Shown piece by piece: positions 19,162-28,875 of a stretch of DNA of 64,000 bases. The DNA is taken from the NCBI GenBank assembly GCA_041596235.1, contig JBFHIW010000008.1:12277-76276 (forward strand). The letters run 5' to 3'. A program made the translations under genes and the position numbers. This stretch comes from Paracoccaceae bacterium (GTDB lineage: Bacteria; Pseudomonadota; Alphaproteobacteria; Rhodobacterales; Rhodobacteraceae). The notes beneath the pieces are model-generated. The model saw nothing but the letters and a program-made list of their open reading frames with translations. It was not told the origin of the DNA and did no database searches. The number at the start of each line of letters is the position of its first letter. The stretch's first letter is position 1.

Positions 19162-20376
19162 TCAGGCTGCTGCCAACCGCATCGCGCGGCGCGACCGTGT
19201 CAGGATCAGCAGCATGATCCCGATGTTCAGGATATTCCACGCGATCCCGTTGATGAAGGCCATCTGATAGCTGCCGCTCAGGTCATAGATCCAGCCCGAC
19301 ATCCAGCCGCCGATCGCCATGCCCAGAATCGTCGCCATGATCACGAAGCCCACGCGTGCGCCTGCCTCGCGGGCGGGCATGTATTCACGCACGATCACCG
19401 CATAGCTGGGCACGATTCCACCCTGGCTGAGGCCGAAGACAAGGCTGACCATGTAGAGCGAGACCAGCCCGCCCGCAGGCAGATAGAGAAACAGCGCCAG
19501 ACATTGCAGGCCGGACCCGATCAGCAGGGTCATCACCCCGCCAAGCTTGTCGGCCAGCAGACCCGAGATCAGGCGCGACACCACGCCTCCCATCAGCATC
19601 AGCGACAGCATCTCGGCGCCTACGGCAGGGCCGTAACCCAGATCGACGCAATAGGCCACGATATGCACCTGCGGCATCGACATGGCGACACAGCAGCCGA
19701 TCCCGGCCAGACCCAGCAGCCACATCAATGCGCGGGGCGAAAACCCCGCCGATTTCGCCCGTGCGGCGGTGATGCTGTCGGAATGCGCGCTTGCCTCAAG
19801 CGGCACACGCGCGCGCAGGAACAGCGACAGCGGGATCACACCCGCCACGGTGACAAGGGCCAGCACCATATAGACCGCGCGCCAGCCATGATCGGCCAGA
19901 ACGCCCGACAGCAGAAGCGGCCAGATCGCGCCTGACAGGTAATTGCCGCTGGCCGCGATGGCTACGGCAATGCCGCGCCGCTTGAGGAACCACAGCGAGA
20001 TATCGGCGATCAGCGGGCCAAAGCTTGCCGCCGTGCCGAACCCGATCACCAGTTGCAGGAAGGACAGCGTCCAGACCGACCCTGCGATCGAGGCCAGTGC
20101 GAACCCGCCCCCGATGGTCAGGGCCGATGCCGACAGCGCCACGGTGATTCCGAACCGGTCCACCGCGCGGCCGATTACCAGATTGCCAAGGGCAAAGCCG
20201 ATCATCGTCAGCGTATAGGGCAGGGCGGCATCGGCGCGGGCTGTCTGGAACTCGGCCTGCATGGCGGGCATGATGACGATGATCGCCCACATGCCGACAT
20301 TGCCGATCGTTGCGATCAGCAGCGACACGCCAAGGCGGATCCAGGAATAGCGGCTGTCCAGTGCGTCAATACCCAT
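19162..20376 (-). CDS. MFS transporter
   Basis: 404 aa with 12 hydrophobic segments and an OFA-like MFS appearance. Confidence 0.7.
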   Translation of the reverse strand: MGIDALDSRYSWIRLGVSLLIATIGNVGMWAIIVIMPAMQAEFQTARADAALPYTLTMIGFALGNLVIGRAVDRFGITVALSASALTIGGGFALASIAGSVWTLSFLQLVIGFGTAASFGPLIADISLWFLKRRGIAVAIAASGNYLSGAIWPLLLSGVLADHGWRAVYMVLALVTVAGVIPLSLFLRARVPLEASAHSDSITAARAKSAGFSPRALMWLLGLAGIGCCVAMSMPQVHIVAYCVDLGYGPAVGAEMLSLMLMGGVVSRLISGLLADKLGGVMTLLIGSGLQCLALFLYLPAGGLVSLYMVSLVFGLSQGGIVPSYAVIVREYMPAREAGARVGFVIMATILGMAIGGWMSGWIYDLSGSYQMAFINGIAWNILNIGIMLLILTRSRRAMRLAAA

Positions 20377-20513
20377 GGCGCGACGCTAGCCGCGGCTCTT
20401 GCGCTTGTATAGGGCGCCTGCGACCCGGGGGTGACGCAAATGTGTGCCAGTGTGCAAGACAGGCGACACTTGCGCGGTGTAGTCTGCCCCGAAACGATGA
20501 AGGACCCGCAAGA

Positions 20514-21119
20514 ATGATCGATGCTCTGATCCTGCCCACGCAGCGCCGCGTCCTGCATCCGCTGGCGCAGGCGATTCACCGGCGCGGGGTGGCGGCTGAC
20601 CGGATCACGCTGGCGGGCTTTGCCCTTGGGGTGTTGGCGGTGCCGGCCTTGGCCTTGGGCTGGTACGGGGTTGCGCTGGCGCTGATCCTGCTGAACCGGC
20701 TGGCGGATGGTCTGGACGGGGCGGTGGCGCGCATGGGCGCGCCCACGGATCGCGGAGCATTTCTGGATATCGCGCTGGATTTCGTCTTCTACGCCGTGGT
20801 GCCTCTGGGCTTTGCCATGGCCGATCCTGCCACCAATGCGCTGCCCGCCGCCGTGTTGATCGCGGCTTTCGTCGGCACGGGATCAAGCTTTCTGGCCTTT
20901 GCCGTGATCGCGGCCAAGCGCGGCATGCGCGCCGAGGATTATCCGAGCAAGGGCATCTTCTATCTGGGTGGCCTGACCGAAGGGTTCGAGACCATCGCGC
21001 TCTTCGTTGCCATGTGCCTGTTCCCGGTGCTGTTCCCGGTGCTGGCCTATGTCTTTGCCGCCGCTTGTGCGCTCACGACCCTGACACGCTGGTGGCAGGG
21101 CTGGCAGGCGTTCCGCTAG
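20514..21119 (+). CDS. CDP-alcohol phosphatidyltransferase family protein
   Basis: Internal Met MIDALILPTQRR... The motif LLNRLADGLDGAVAR...D...D resembles the D-G-x2-A-R...D-x3-D motif. Multi-TM protein. Confidence 0.7.
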   Translation: MIDALILPTQRRVLHPLAQAIHRRGVAADRITLAGFALGVLAVPALALGWYGVALALILLNRLADGLDGAVARMGAPTDRGAFLDIALDFVFYAVVPLGFAMADPATNALPAAVLIAAFVGTGSSFLAFAVIAAKRGMRAEDYPSKGIFYLGGLTEGFETIALFVAMCLFPVLFPVLAYVFAAACALTTLTRWWQGWQAFR

Positions 21120-21122
21120 CGA

Positions 21123-22124
21123 TCAGATCCGCTTGCCGTCGGCGCCGAAGACCATCATTGCGGCATCATCCCAACCCAGCCACAGGTCCGTGCCTTCCGA
21201 GGGCAGCGGCAGGTGGCCGCCTTGGCGCACGGTGATCAATTGCCCATGCGGCAGCCGCAGATGCACCAGCGTTTCCGCGCCAAGGGCCTCGCAATAGGCA
21301 ACGCGCGCCTGCAACCGGGTGGGGCTGTCGGTCAGCTTGATATGTTCGGGGCGGATGCCCACGGTCTTGCCGACGGATACGCCGATGCTGCCCGCAGGCA
21401 TGAAATTCGTGGCCGGTGAGCCGATGAAGCCTGCAACGAATTCGGTCTGCGGGTTCTCGTAGACCTCCAAAGGCTTGCCGATCTGGTCGGCCACGCCCGC
21501 GTTCATCACGATCATCCGGTCGGCCAGAGTCATCGCCTCGACCTGATCATGCGTCACATACAGGGACGTCACACCCAGTTCCCGCTGCAATTGCTTGATC
21601 TCCAGCCGCATCTGCACGCGCAGCTTGGCGTCAAGGTTGGACAGCGGCTCGTCGAACAGGAAGACGGCTGGCTTGCGCACGATGGCGCGGCCCATGGCGA
21701 CGCGCTGGCGCTGCCCGCCCGACAATTCGCGCGGCTTGCGCTGCAGATAGGGCTCCAGTTGCAACAGCTTGGCGGCCGATGCCACGCGCGCCGCGATCTC
21801 GTCCTTGGGGGTCTTCGCGATCTTCAACCCGTAGGCCATGTTGTCGAAGACCGACATATGCGGGTAAAGCGCGTAGTTCTGGAACACCATGGCGATGTTG
21901 CGCTCCATCGGCTCGGCCTCGTTGACGCGCTTGTCGTCGATGCGGATCTCGCCGCTGGTGATGCCTTCCAGCCCGGCCACCATCCGCAGAAGCGTGGACT
22001 TGCCGCAGCCCGATGGCCCGACGATCACGATGAATTCGCCATCCTGCACGTCGATGTCGACGCCGTGGATCACATCGGTCGCGCCAAAGGATTTGCGCAC
22101 GTTATCAAGGGTCAGGGTCGCCAT
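21123..22124 (-). CDS. ugpC: sn-glycerol-3-phosphate ABC transporter ATP-binding protein
   Basis: 333 aa with [19 protein letters not shown] and [11 protein letters not shown], plus a MalK/UgpC-type C-terminal domain. It is the last gene of the ugp operon. Confidence 0.85.
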   Translation of the reverse strand: MATLTLDNVRKSFGATDVIHGVDIDVQDGEFIVIVGPSGCGKSTLLRMVAGLEGITSGEIRIDDKRVNEAEPMERNIAMVFQNYALYPHMSVFDNMAYGLKIAKTPKDEIAARVASAAKLLQLEPYLQRKPRELSGGQRQRVAMGRAIVRKPAVFLFDEPLSNLDAKLRVQMRLEIKQLQRELGVTSLYVTHDQVEAMTLADRMIVMNAGVADQIGKPLEVYENPQTEFVAGFIGSPATNFMPAGSIGVSVGKTVGIRPEHIKLTDSPTRLQARVAYCEALGAETLVHLRLPHGQLITVRQGGHLPLPSEGTDLWLGWDDAAMMVFGADGKRI

Positions 22125-22979
22125 TTATTTCTCGCTATCAACAAGGCCGCGGATGAAAAGCTTCTGCATCGAGATGACCACGATCACTGGCGGCACCATT
22201 GCCAGGATGGAGGTGGCCATGATCACCGGCCAGTCGGCCAGATCGTCGCCCGAGGGGAACATCTGCCGGATGCCCATGACGATGGTGTTCATCGACGGAT
22301 CGGTGGTGATCAAGAGCGGCCAGAGGTACTGGTTCCAGCCGTAGATGAACAGGATCACGAACAGCGCCGCGATATTGGTGCGGCTCATGGGCAGTAGGAT
22401 ATGCCAGAAGAACTGCATAGGGCTTGCGCCATCGACGCGCGCGGCTTCCGTCAACTCGTCCGGCACGGTCAGAAAGAACTGCCGGAACAGGAAGGTCGCC
22501 GTGGCCGATGCGATCAGCGGAAAGATCAGGCCCGAATAGCTGTTCAGCATCCCGAAATTCGCGATCACCTCATAGGTGGGCACGATACGTACCTCGACCG
22601 GCAGCATCAGCGTCAGGAAGATCAGCCAGAAAAAGATCGTCCGCCCCGGAAAGCGGAAATAGACGATGGCAAAGGCCGATGTCAGCGAGATCACGATCTT
22701 CCCGATCGTGATGCCCAGCGCCATGATCAGCGAATTCAGCATCATCATCGCCACAGGCGCATTGACGCCCGACAGCAGCGCCTTGCTGTAATTCTCGAAG
22801 AACTGATCGCCCGGCAGCAGGGGCATGGGCGGGCGCACGATCTCGGGCTGCGTCACGGTCGAGGCCACGAAGGCCAGCCAGATCGGGAAGAAGATGAACA
22901 ATACGCCGATGATCAGACCCAGATGGGTCAGCTTGTGGCCAAGGCCGCGTTTCTCCACCATGCCGCGTTGCTCAGACAT
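22125..22979 (-). CDS. ugpE: sn-glycerol-3-phosphate ABC transporter permease
   Basis: 284 aa, 6 TM. The EAA-like loop is DELTEAARVDGASPMQFF. Confidence 0.8.
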   Translation of the reverse strand: MSEQRGMVEKRGLGHKLTHLGLIIGVLFIFFPIWLAFVASTVTQPEIVRPPMPLLPGDQFFENYSKALLSGVNAPVAMMMLNSLIMALGITIGKIVISLTSAFAIVYFRFPGRTIFFWLIFLTLMLPVEVRIVPTYEVIANFGMLNSYSGLIFPLIASATATFLFRQFFLTVPDELTEAARVDGASPMQFFWHILLPMSRTNIAALFVILFIYGWNQYLWPLLITTDPSMNTIVMGIRQMFPSGDDLADWPVIMATSILAMVPPVIVVISMQKLFIRGLVDSEK

Positions 22980-23860
22980 CAGTAATGCACCCTGCGTTCG
23001 ATGAATTTGAACTGGATCACGGTCAGCAGGCCCACCAGAACCAGCAGGATCACCGATTGTGCCGCGCTTGATCCCAGGTCCTGGCCCACGAAGCCGTCGG
23101 AATAGACCTTGTAGACGAGGATCGTTGTGGCCTGCTGCGGGCCGCCTGCCGTGATCGTGTGGATCACCCCGAAGGTCTCGAAGAAGGCATAGACCACATT
23201 GACGACCAGCAGGAAAAACGTGGTGGGCGACAGCAGCGGCCAGACGATGGTGCGGAACCGGGTCCAGAATTTGGCGCCATCAATGGCGGCGGCCTCGATC
23301 ACCGACCGCGGGATCGCCTGCAACCCCGCCAGGAAAAACAGGAAGTTGTAGCTGATGCGCCCCCAGCTTGATGCGACGACGACAAGGCCCATCGCTTCGG
23401 CCTCGTTCAGAACGTGGTTCCAGTCATAGCCCAGCACGCCCAGATACCAGGCCACTACGCCCACGCGGGTGTTGAACATGAACATCCACAGCACACCCGC
23501 CACGGCCGGGGCCACGGCATAGGGCCAGATCAGCAGCGTCCGGTAGGTGCCCGAACCCTTGATCAGCCGGTCCGCAAGGATCGCCAGATACAGCGCCACG
23601 CCCATCGACACCACGGTCACGAGGCTGGAAAATATCGCGGTGGTGACAAAGGACGCCCGATAATAGGGATCGCCCAGCAGGTACTCGAAATTGCCCAGAC
23701 CGACGAATTGCGTCTTGAGGCCGAAGGGATCGGGCACGAACATCGACTGCCAGATCGCCTGTCCCGCCGGATAGAAGAAGAAGATCGCGGTGATCACGAT
23801 CTGCGGCAGAAGCAGCAGGGCGGGCAGCATCCAGCCCTTGAAGATGACGCGCTTTTCCAT
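22979..23860 (-). CDS. ugpA: sn-glycerol-3-phosphate ABC transporter permease
   Basis: 293 aa, 6 TM. The EAA loop is [16 protein letters not shown]. Its stop overlaps the ugpE start. Confidence 0.8.
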   Translation of the reverse strand: MEKRVIFKGWMLPALLLLPQIVITAIFFFYPAGQAIWQSMFVPDPFGLKTQFVGLGNFEYLLGDPYYRASFVTTAIFSSLVTVVSMGVALYLAILADRLIKGSGTYRTLLIWPYAVAPAVAGVLWMFMFNTRVGVVAWYLGVLGYDWNHVLNEAEAMGLVVVASSWGRISYNFLFFLAGLQAIPRSVIEAAAIDGAKFWTRFRTIVWPLLSPTTFFLLVVNVVYAFFETFGVIHTITAGGPQQATTILVYKVYSDGFVGQDLGSSAAQSVILLVLVGLLTVIQFKFIERRVHY

Positions 23861-23912
23861 GCGGGGGTCCGGTCTTTGTCAGCGGTGGCGGAAGTATGGG
23901 GCAAGCCCGGCC

Positions 23913-23947
23913 GAAAGAAAACGGCCCCCGATCCTGCCGGGGGCCGT
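23913..23947 (-). terminator. intercistronic hairpin with T-tract between ugpB and ugpA (attenuator or mRNA-stabilising element)
   Basis: On the minus strand, ACGGCCCCCGGCAGGATCGGGGGCCGT is followed by TTTCTTTC. Confidence 0.5.
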
Positions 23948-23963
23948 TCCCATGGCTCGCGCC

Positions 23964-25274
23964 TTAGCGGTTGGCCTGCTCGAAGCGGCGCAGCAGCTGG
24001 TTGCCACGCTCGACGGCGCTGTCCAGTGCGACCTGTGCGGTCTTCTGGCCCGACCAGACGCCTTCCAGCTCTTCGTCGATGATCGTGCGGACCTGATCGA
24101 AGCTGCCCAGACGCAGACCCTTGGAGTTCTCGGTCGGCGTGTTGCGGGTCATCTGAATGCCCGCGATTTCGGTGCCGGGATTCGCGTCATAGAAGCCCTG
24201 CGACTGCGTCAGCTCGCCCGCTGCCGTGGTGATCGGCAGATAGCCGGTATCCTGATGCCACTTGGCCTGCACCTCGGGCGAGGACAGGAAGTTCAGGAAG
24301 GCGGCAACACCATTGTATTCGGCTTCCGGCTTGCCTTCCATGATCCAGACGGATGCACCGCCGATGATCGTGTTCTGCGGCGCGGCCTCGACCGAATCCC
24401 AGTAGGGCAGGTGGCGGATATCGAAGGCGAACTGTGCTTCGGCCTTCACACCGGCATAGCCGGCCGAGCTTTCGGTGAACAGCGCGCATTCACCACCGCG
24501 GAAATTGGCGCCGGCTTCGTTGCGGCGACCGGCATAGATGAACTTGCCATCCTGTGCCCATTTGCCCAGCTGCTCGATATGCGCGACCTGCAGCGGTCCG
24601 TTGAACACCAGCTCGGTGTCAAATCCGCCAAAGCCGTTTTCCTTCGTGGCGAAGGGCACGTTGTGATAGGCCGAGAAGCTTTCCAGATGCACCCAGCTCT
24701 GCCATGAGGTGGTGTAGGGGCAGGTCACGCCCGCGTCCTTCAGCTGCGTCAGCACACCGTCCCAGGCTTCCCAGGTCGACAGGTCCACATCGGGGTCGAT
24801 CCCGGCTTCGGCCAGCTTGTCGCGGTTCACATAGAGAACCTGCGTCGACGAGTTGTAGGGGAAGGACAGCATCTGACCGTCGGCATTGGTGTAGTAACCG
24901 GTCACGGCGGGGATATAGGCGTTCGGGTCAAAGGTCAGGCCCGAGGCCTCCATCACTTCGAAAACCGGTTTGATCGCGCCCGACGCGGCCATCATCGTCG
25001 CGGTGCCGACCTCAAACACCTGCAGCAGGTGGGGCTGTTCGCCCGCGCGGAAGGCCGCGATGCCGGCGTTCAGCGTCTCGGAATAGTTGCCCTTGTGGGT
25101 TGCCACGACCTTGTAGTCGGACTGGCTGGAATTGAACAACGCGACCTGCGCGTCCAGCAATTCACCCAGGCGGCCGGTGAAGGCATGCCACCACTGGATT
25201 TCGGTCTGCGCCGATGCGGCGGTTCCCCATGCCATGGACGCGACCAGGGCCAGGTTCAATGTCTTGATTTTCAT
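23964..25274 (-). CDS. ugpB: sn-glycerol-3-phosphate-binding periplasmic protein
   Basis: 436 aa with a signal peptide. [14 protein letters not shown]...[44 protein letters not shown] closely parallels E. coli UgpB. Confidence 0.9.
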   Translation of the reverse strand: [436 protein letters not shown]

Positions 25275-25552
25275 GTCGTCCTCCCAGACGTTTCATGGTT
25301 CTGATTATGCAGCCTGCGGCTGGGACCAAAAAAACCCCGCGCCGAAGCGAACATTTCTGAAACGATACGAAAGGATTGGGCCGAAGCGCCTGCGCAAGTC
25401 AAGCGCTTTTGGCCCCTGTGATCTGCATCGCCGCGAGGGTTTGGCATCATCCCGTATCATGATGCGCTGGTTAGGGGCGCATTGTAACGGGCGGATGAAG
25501 CCCTCGCGGAAATGTTCGATAATTTTCGCTCAGGTGCGAGAGCGCAGGGCGA

Positions 25553-26578
25553 TCAGCCCTCCAGACAGGTTGCGAAAGAGCCTGCCATGGCGCGCATCAT
25601 CTGCGGATAAAGCCCGGCCCCCGGTGCAAGATCCTGGCCCAGCGGGTCCAGCAATCCGACCTTTGCACTGCCTTCAAAGACCGTGTCGATCAGGCGCTTG
25701 TCGAACTGCGGCTCGGCAAAGACGCAAGCAGCCCCCATGGTTGCGACGGCGTCGCGCAGCTCGGCGATTCGACCGGCGCTGGGCGCGCTGGCATCGCTCA
25801 AGGTGATGGAACCGGCGGCGACCAGATCGAAGCGGCGCTCGAAATACTGGTAGGCGTCGTGGAAGACGACGAAGCCCTTGTCCGATACCGGGGCCAGCAT
25901 GGCTGCGATCTCGGCTTGCAGGGCGTCGATATCTGCCTGCCCGGCCGCTGCATTGGCGGCATATGTTGCCGCGTTGTCAGGGTCCAGCCGCGCTAGTTCA
26001 GCCGCAATGACCCCCAGCCAGAGGCGGGCATTCAATGGGTCCAGCCAGGTATGCGAATCATTGCCGGCATGATCATGCCCCGCGTGGTCATCCGCTTTTT
26101 CCGCATGGTCATGGTCATGATCGTGGGCCTCTGCCTTGTCGTGATCGTGATCGTGATCGTCATGCTTTGCGTGATCATCCTCGCCATGGGCGTGATCGTG
26201 ATGTCCGAACGTCGCGCCTTCGCGATACTCATGGAGGATTGTTCCCTCGACCGACATCAGCTCAATCTTGCCAGCATCTTCGCCCAGCGTGGCGATCGGC
26301 CCTTCCAGCCATGGCGTCAGTGCCGCGCCGACCCAGATGACCAGATCGGCCTCGTCAAGGGCTCGCGCCTCGGAGGGGCGCATCGAATAGCCATGCGGCG
26401 AGGCGCCGGGCTGCACGATCAAGGACGGTTCGCCCACGCCCTGCATGACTTGCGCAACAAGGGAATGCACCGGTGCGATATCCGTGGCGACCCGCGGCAC
26501 CTCGGCCAGAGCAGCAGTGGACAGCAACGTGGCCATCAGGCCGAACGACACGGGGGCAGGGCGTAGCATGGGGCGCAT
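25553..26578 (-). CDS. znuA: zinc ABC transporter substrate-binding protein ZnuA, with a long His/Asp-rich loop
   Basis: Internal Met of ORF 25553..27058, MRPMLRPAPVSFGLMATLLSTAALA (signal peptide). Cluster-9 SBP core with the loop HHDHAHGEDDHAKHDDHDHDHDKAEAHDHDHDHAEKADDHAGHDH. It is divergent from zur-znuCB. Confidence 0.9.
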   Translation of the reverse strand: MRPMLRPAPVSFGLMATLLSTAALAEVPRVATDIAPVHSLVAQVMQGVGEPSLIVQPGASPHGYSMRPSEARALDEADLVIWVGAALTPWLEGPIATLGEDAGKIELMSVEGTILHEYREGATFGHHDHAHGEDDHAKHDDHDHDHDKAEAHDHDHDHAEKADDHAGHDHAGNDSHTWLDPLNARLWLGVIAAELARLDPDNAATYAANAAAGQADIDALQAEIAAMLAPVSDKGFVVFHDAYQYFERRFDLVAAGSITLSDASAPSAGRIAELRDAVATMGAACVFAEPQFDKRLIDTVFEGSAKVGLLDPLGQDLAPGAGLYPQMMRAMAGSFATCLEG

Positions 26579-26624
26579 GGGCGATTCCTCGGTTGATGGC
26601 AAGACGCGGACTGCTCTATTCGAT

Positions 26625-26640
26625 ATGTTATAACATTGCA
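26625..26640. promoter_or_regulatory. Zur box 1 (palindrome ATGTTATAACAT)
   Basis: Perfect 12-bp palindrome within the 16-nt repeat ATGTTATAACATTGCA in the znuA/zur divergent promoter region. Confidence 0.75.
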
Positions 26641-26646
26641 AACCGA

Positions 26647-26662
26647 ATGTTATAACATTGCA
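26647..26662. promoter_or_regulatory. Zur box 2 (palindrome ATGTTATAACAT)
   Basis: Second identical 16-nt copy, 22 nt downstream of the first. Confidence 0.75.
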
Positions 26663-26695
26663 TTCGCAACAGGGATGACCTAGCAAGATGGCAAG

Positions 26696-27178
26696 ATGAC
26701 AGCCCATGGATTCGATCCGCACGACCACGATCACTGTATCGCTGACGCCCTGTCGGCGGCTGAAGAGTTGTGCGCGCAACGCAAACTCAATCTGACACCC
26801 GTGCGCCGACGCGTTCTCGAGATCCTTCTGCAGCAGCACAAGGCGATGGGAGCCTATGATATTCTCTCCCGACTCGAGGCCGAGGGGTTGGGCTCTCAAC
26901 CTCCCGTGGCCTACCGCGCGCTGGACTTTCTGGTCAGCAACGGCTTTGCGCACAAGATCGAAGGGCTGAACGCCTATATCGCCTGTTCGCACCCCAACGC
27001 CACACATGCACCGGCCTTCCTGATCTGCCGCAAATGCGGCGTGGTGCAGGAAACGCAATCCGAGCCTGCCAAGGGTACATTGGGATCGGTGGCGCGGGCG
27101 GCCGGTTTCGTGATCGAAAGCACCGTGGTCGAGGCGCAGGGCCTTTGCCCGGCCTGTCAGGAAGGGGCGGCGGCATGA
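26696..27178 (+). CDS. zur: zinc uptake regulator (Fur family)
   Basis: 160 aa. Winged-helix LTPVRRRVLEILL..., with metal-binding CxxC pairs (CRKCG and CPAC). Confidence 0.85.
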   Translation: MTAHGFDPHDHDHCIADALSAAEELCAQRKLNLTPVRRRVLEILLQQHKAMGAYDILSRLEAEGLGSQPPVAYRALDFLVSNGFAHKIEGLNAYIACSHPNATHAPAFLICRKCGVVQETQSEPAKGTLGSVARAAGFVIESTVVEAQGLCPACQEGAAA

Positions 27179-27972
27179 GCCTGATCGAGGTCCGCGACCT
27201 GAGCGTGCGCTACGGGGGACAGCGGGTTCTCAACCATGTGGACATGTCCATCGACCGGGGTGAGATCGTGACCATCGTCGGACCCAACGGATCGGGCAAG
27301 TCCACGCTCTTGCGCGCCCTGATCGGCGCGGTGCCCGTTGCGGGCGGTCGCGTGTCGCGCGCCACTGGCCTCAGGATCGGCTATGTGCCGCAGAAGCTGG
27401 CGATTGATCCGACCCTGCCGATGACGGTGGCCCGCTTCATGTCGCTGCCACGCCGGCAGCCTGCTGCCGATGTGGCCGCCGCACTGGAACAAGCGGGCGT
27501 GCCCGACCTGAGCAACCGGCAGATGACCGACCTGTCCGGCGGGCAGTTCCAGCGCGGATTGCTGGCCCGTGCGCTGCTGTCGAAACCCGATCTGTTGCTT
27601 CTGGACGAGGCGACCCAGGGTCTTGACCAGCCGGGATCGGCTGCATTCTACCGCCAGATCGAGGATGTGCGCGCCGGCTTGGGATGTGCGATCCTGATGG
27701 TCAGCCACGAGTTGCACGTGGTCATGAGCGCCTCTGACCGCGTCATCTGCCTGAACGGGCATGTCTGCTGCCAGGGTGCGCCGGAAATCGTGGCCTCGGC
27801 GCCCGAATATCGCGCCCTGTTCGGTTCGGGCACCCAGGGCGCATTGGCGCTGTACCGCCACGATCACAACCACAGCCACGATGACGGCTGCGATCATGAC
27901 CACGCAGGTGATCATTCCGGTGGCGCTGCGGTCATGCCGGTGCATCAGGCCGCCCGCAACAAGGTGCATTGA
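27175..27972 (+). CDS. znuC: zinc ABC transporter ATP-binding protein
   Basis: Internal Met MSLIEVRDLSVRYGG (ATGA overlap with the zur stop). Motifs GPNGSGKST, LSGGQFQR and LLLDE are present. Confidence 0.85.
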   Translation: MSLIEVRDLSVRYGGQRVLNHVDMSIDRGEIVTIVGPNGSGKSTLLRALIGAVPVAGGRVSRATGLRIGYVPQKLAIDPTLPMTVARFMSLPRRQPAADVAAALEQAGVPDLSNRQMTDLSGGQFQRGLLARALLSKPDLLLLDEATQGLDQPGSAAFYRQIEDVRAGLGCAILMVSHELHVVMSASDRVICLNGHVCCQGAPEIVASAPEYRALFGSGTQGALALYRHDHNHSHDDGCDHDHAGDHSGGAAVMPVHQAARNKVH

Positions 27973-28763
27973 TGCTGGACGATTTCATGATCCGTGCCGC
28001 CCTGGCCGGTCTGGGCGTGGCGCTGGCAGCGGCACCCATGGGATGTTTCGTGGTCTGGCGGCGCATGGCCTATTTCGGCGATGCCACGGCCCATGCCTCG
28101 ATCCTCGGCGTGGCGATCGCGCTGGCGCTTTCGGTCTCGGTGTTTCTTGGCGCGCTGGTGATGGCGTTGCTGATGGCGCTTGCGGTCACCGCACTGTCCG
28201 GGCGCGGCTATGCTGTCGATACGCTGCTGGGGGTGCTGGCGCATTCGGCGCTGGCCTTCGGCCTTGTTGCGGTATCCTTCCTGTCGGGCGTGCGGATCGA
28301 CCTGATGGCCTATCTCTTCGGGGATATTCTGGCCGTCGGCACCACGGATCTGGCCGTGATCTGGGGCGGCGCCGCGCTGGTCCTTGTGTTGCTGACCTGG
28401 CGTTGGGCCGCGCTTCTGACCGCGACGCTCAATCCCGATCTGGCCCATGCCTCGGGGATCGATCCCCGGCGCGAGCAGCTTGTCCTGACCCTGGCCCTCG
28501 CCGTCGTGGTCGCGGTTGCGATCAAGGTCGTGGGCGTCCTTCTGATCGCGGCCCTGCTGATCATCCCCGCCGCCGCCGCGCGCCCCTTTGCCCGCACGCC
28601 CGAAGGCATGGCCGTGATTGCGGTCATCGTCGCGGCCCTCTCGGTGCTGGGGGGGCTGCAAGCCTCGCTGCTCTATGACACGCCCACCGGCCCCAGCATC
28701 GTCTGTGTCGCGGCCCTGATCTTCGCAGGCAGCGCCTTCGGATCCGCGCTGCGCCGCGCCTGA
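27969..28763 (+). CDS. znuB: zinc ABC transporter permease
   Basis: 264 aa polytopic ABC-3 family pattern. Its start overlaps the znuC stop. Confidence 0.85.
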   Translation: MMLDDFMIRAALAGLGVALAAAPMGCFVVWRRMAYFGDATAHASILGVAIALALSVSVFLGALVMALLMALAVTALSGRGYAVDTLLGVLAHSALAFGLVAVSFLSGVRIDLMAYLFGDILAVGTTDLAVIWGGAALVLVLLTWRWAALLTATLNPDLAHASGIDPRREQLVLTLALAVVVAVAIKVVGVLLIAALLIIPAAAARPFARTPEGMAVIAVIVAALSVLGGLQASLLYDTPTGPSIVCVAALIFAGSAFGSALRRA

Positions 28764-28767
28764 CCGC

Positions 28768-28808
28768 TTCTTCTTGCTTCAAATATCCAATCCTGCCCGT
28801 CCCGCAGG
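28768..28808 (-). repeat. REP-like intergenic repeat, degenerate copy e
   Basis: CTTCTTCTTGCTTCAAATATCCAATCCTGCCCGTCCCGCAGG begins 4 nt after the znuB stop. It aligns with the reverse complement of the copies at 39571 and 62361. Confidence 0.6.
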
Positions 28809-28875
28809 CGATACACTCGCCCTTGGCGCGGGACTGTGGCAGTCTGCATCCTGACCATATCCGAAAGGATCGCCC

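Noticed and set aside
26051-26203. A short-period nucleotide repeat that might be a microsatellite or array.
   Set aside because: It lies in frame within znuA and encodes the His/Asp-rich zinc-binding loop. It is not a CRISPR array or a non-coding repeat.
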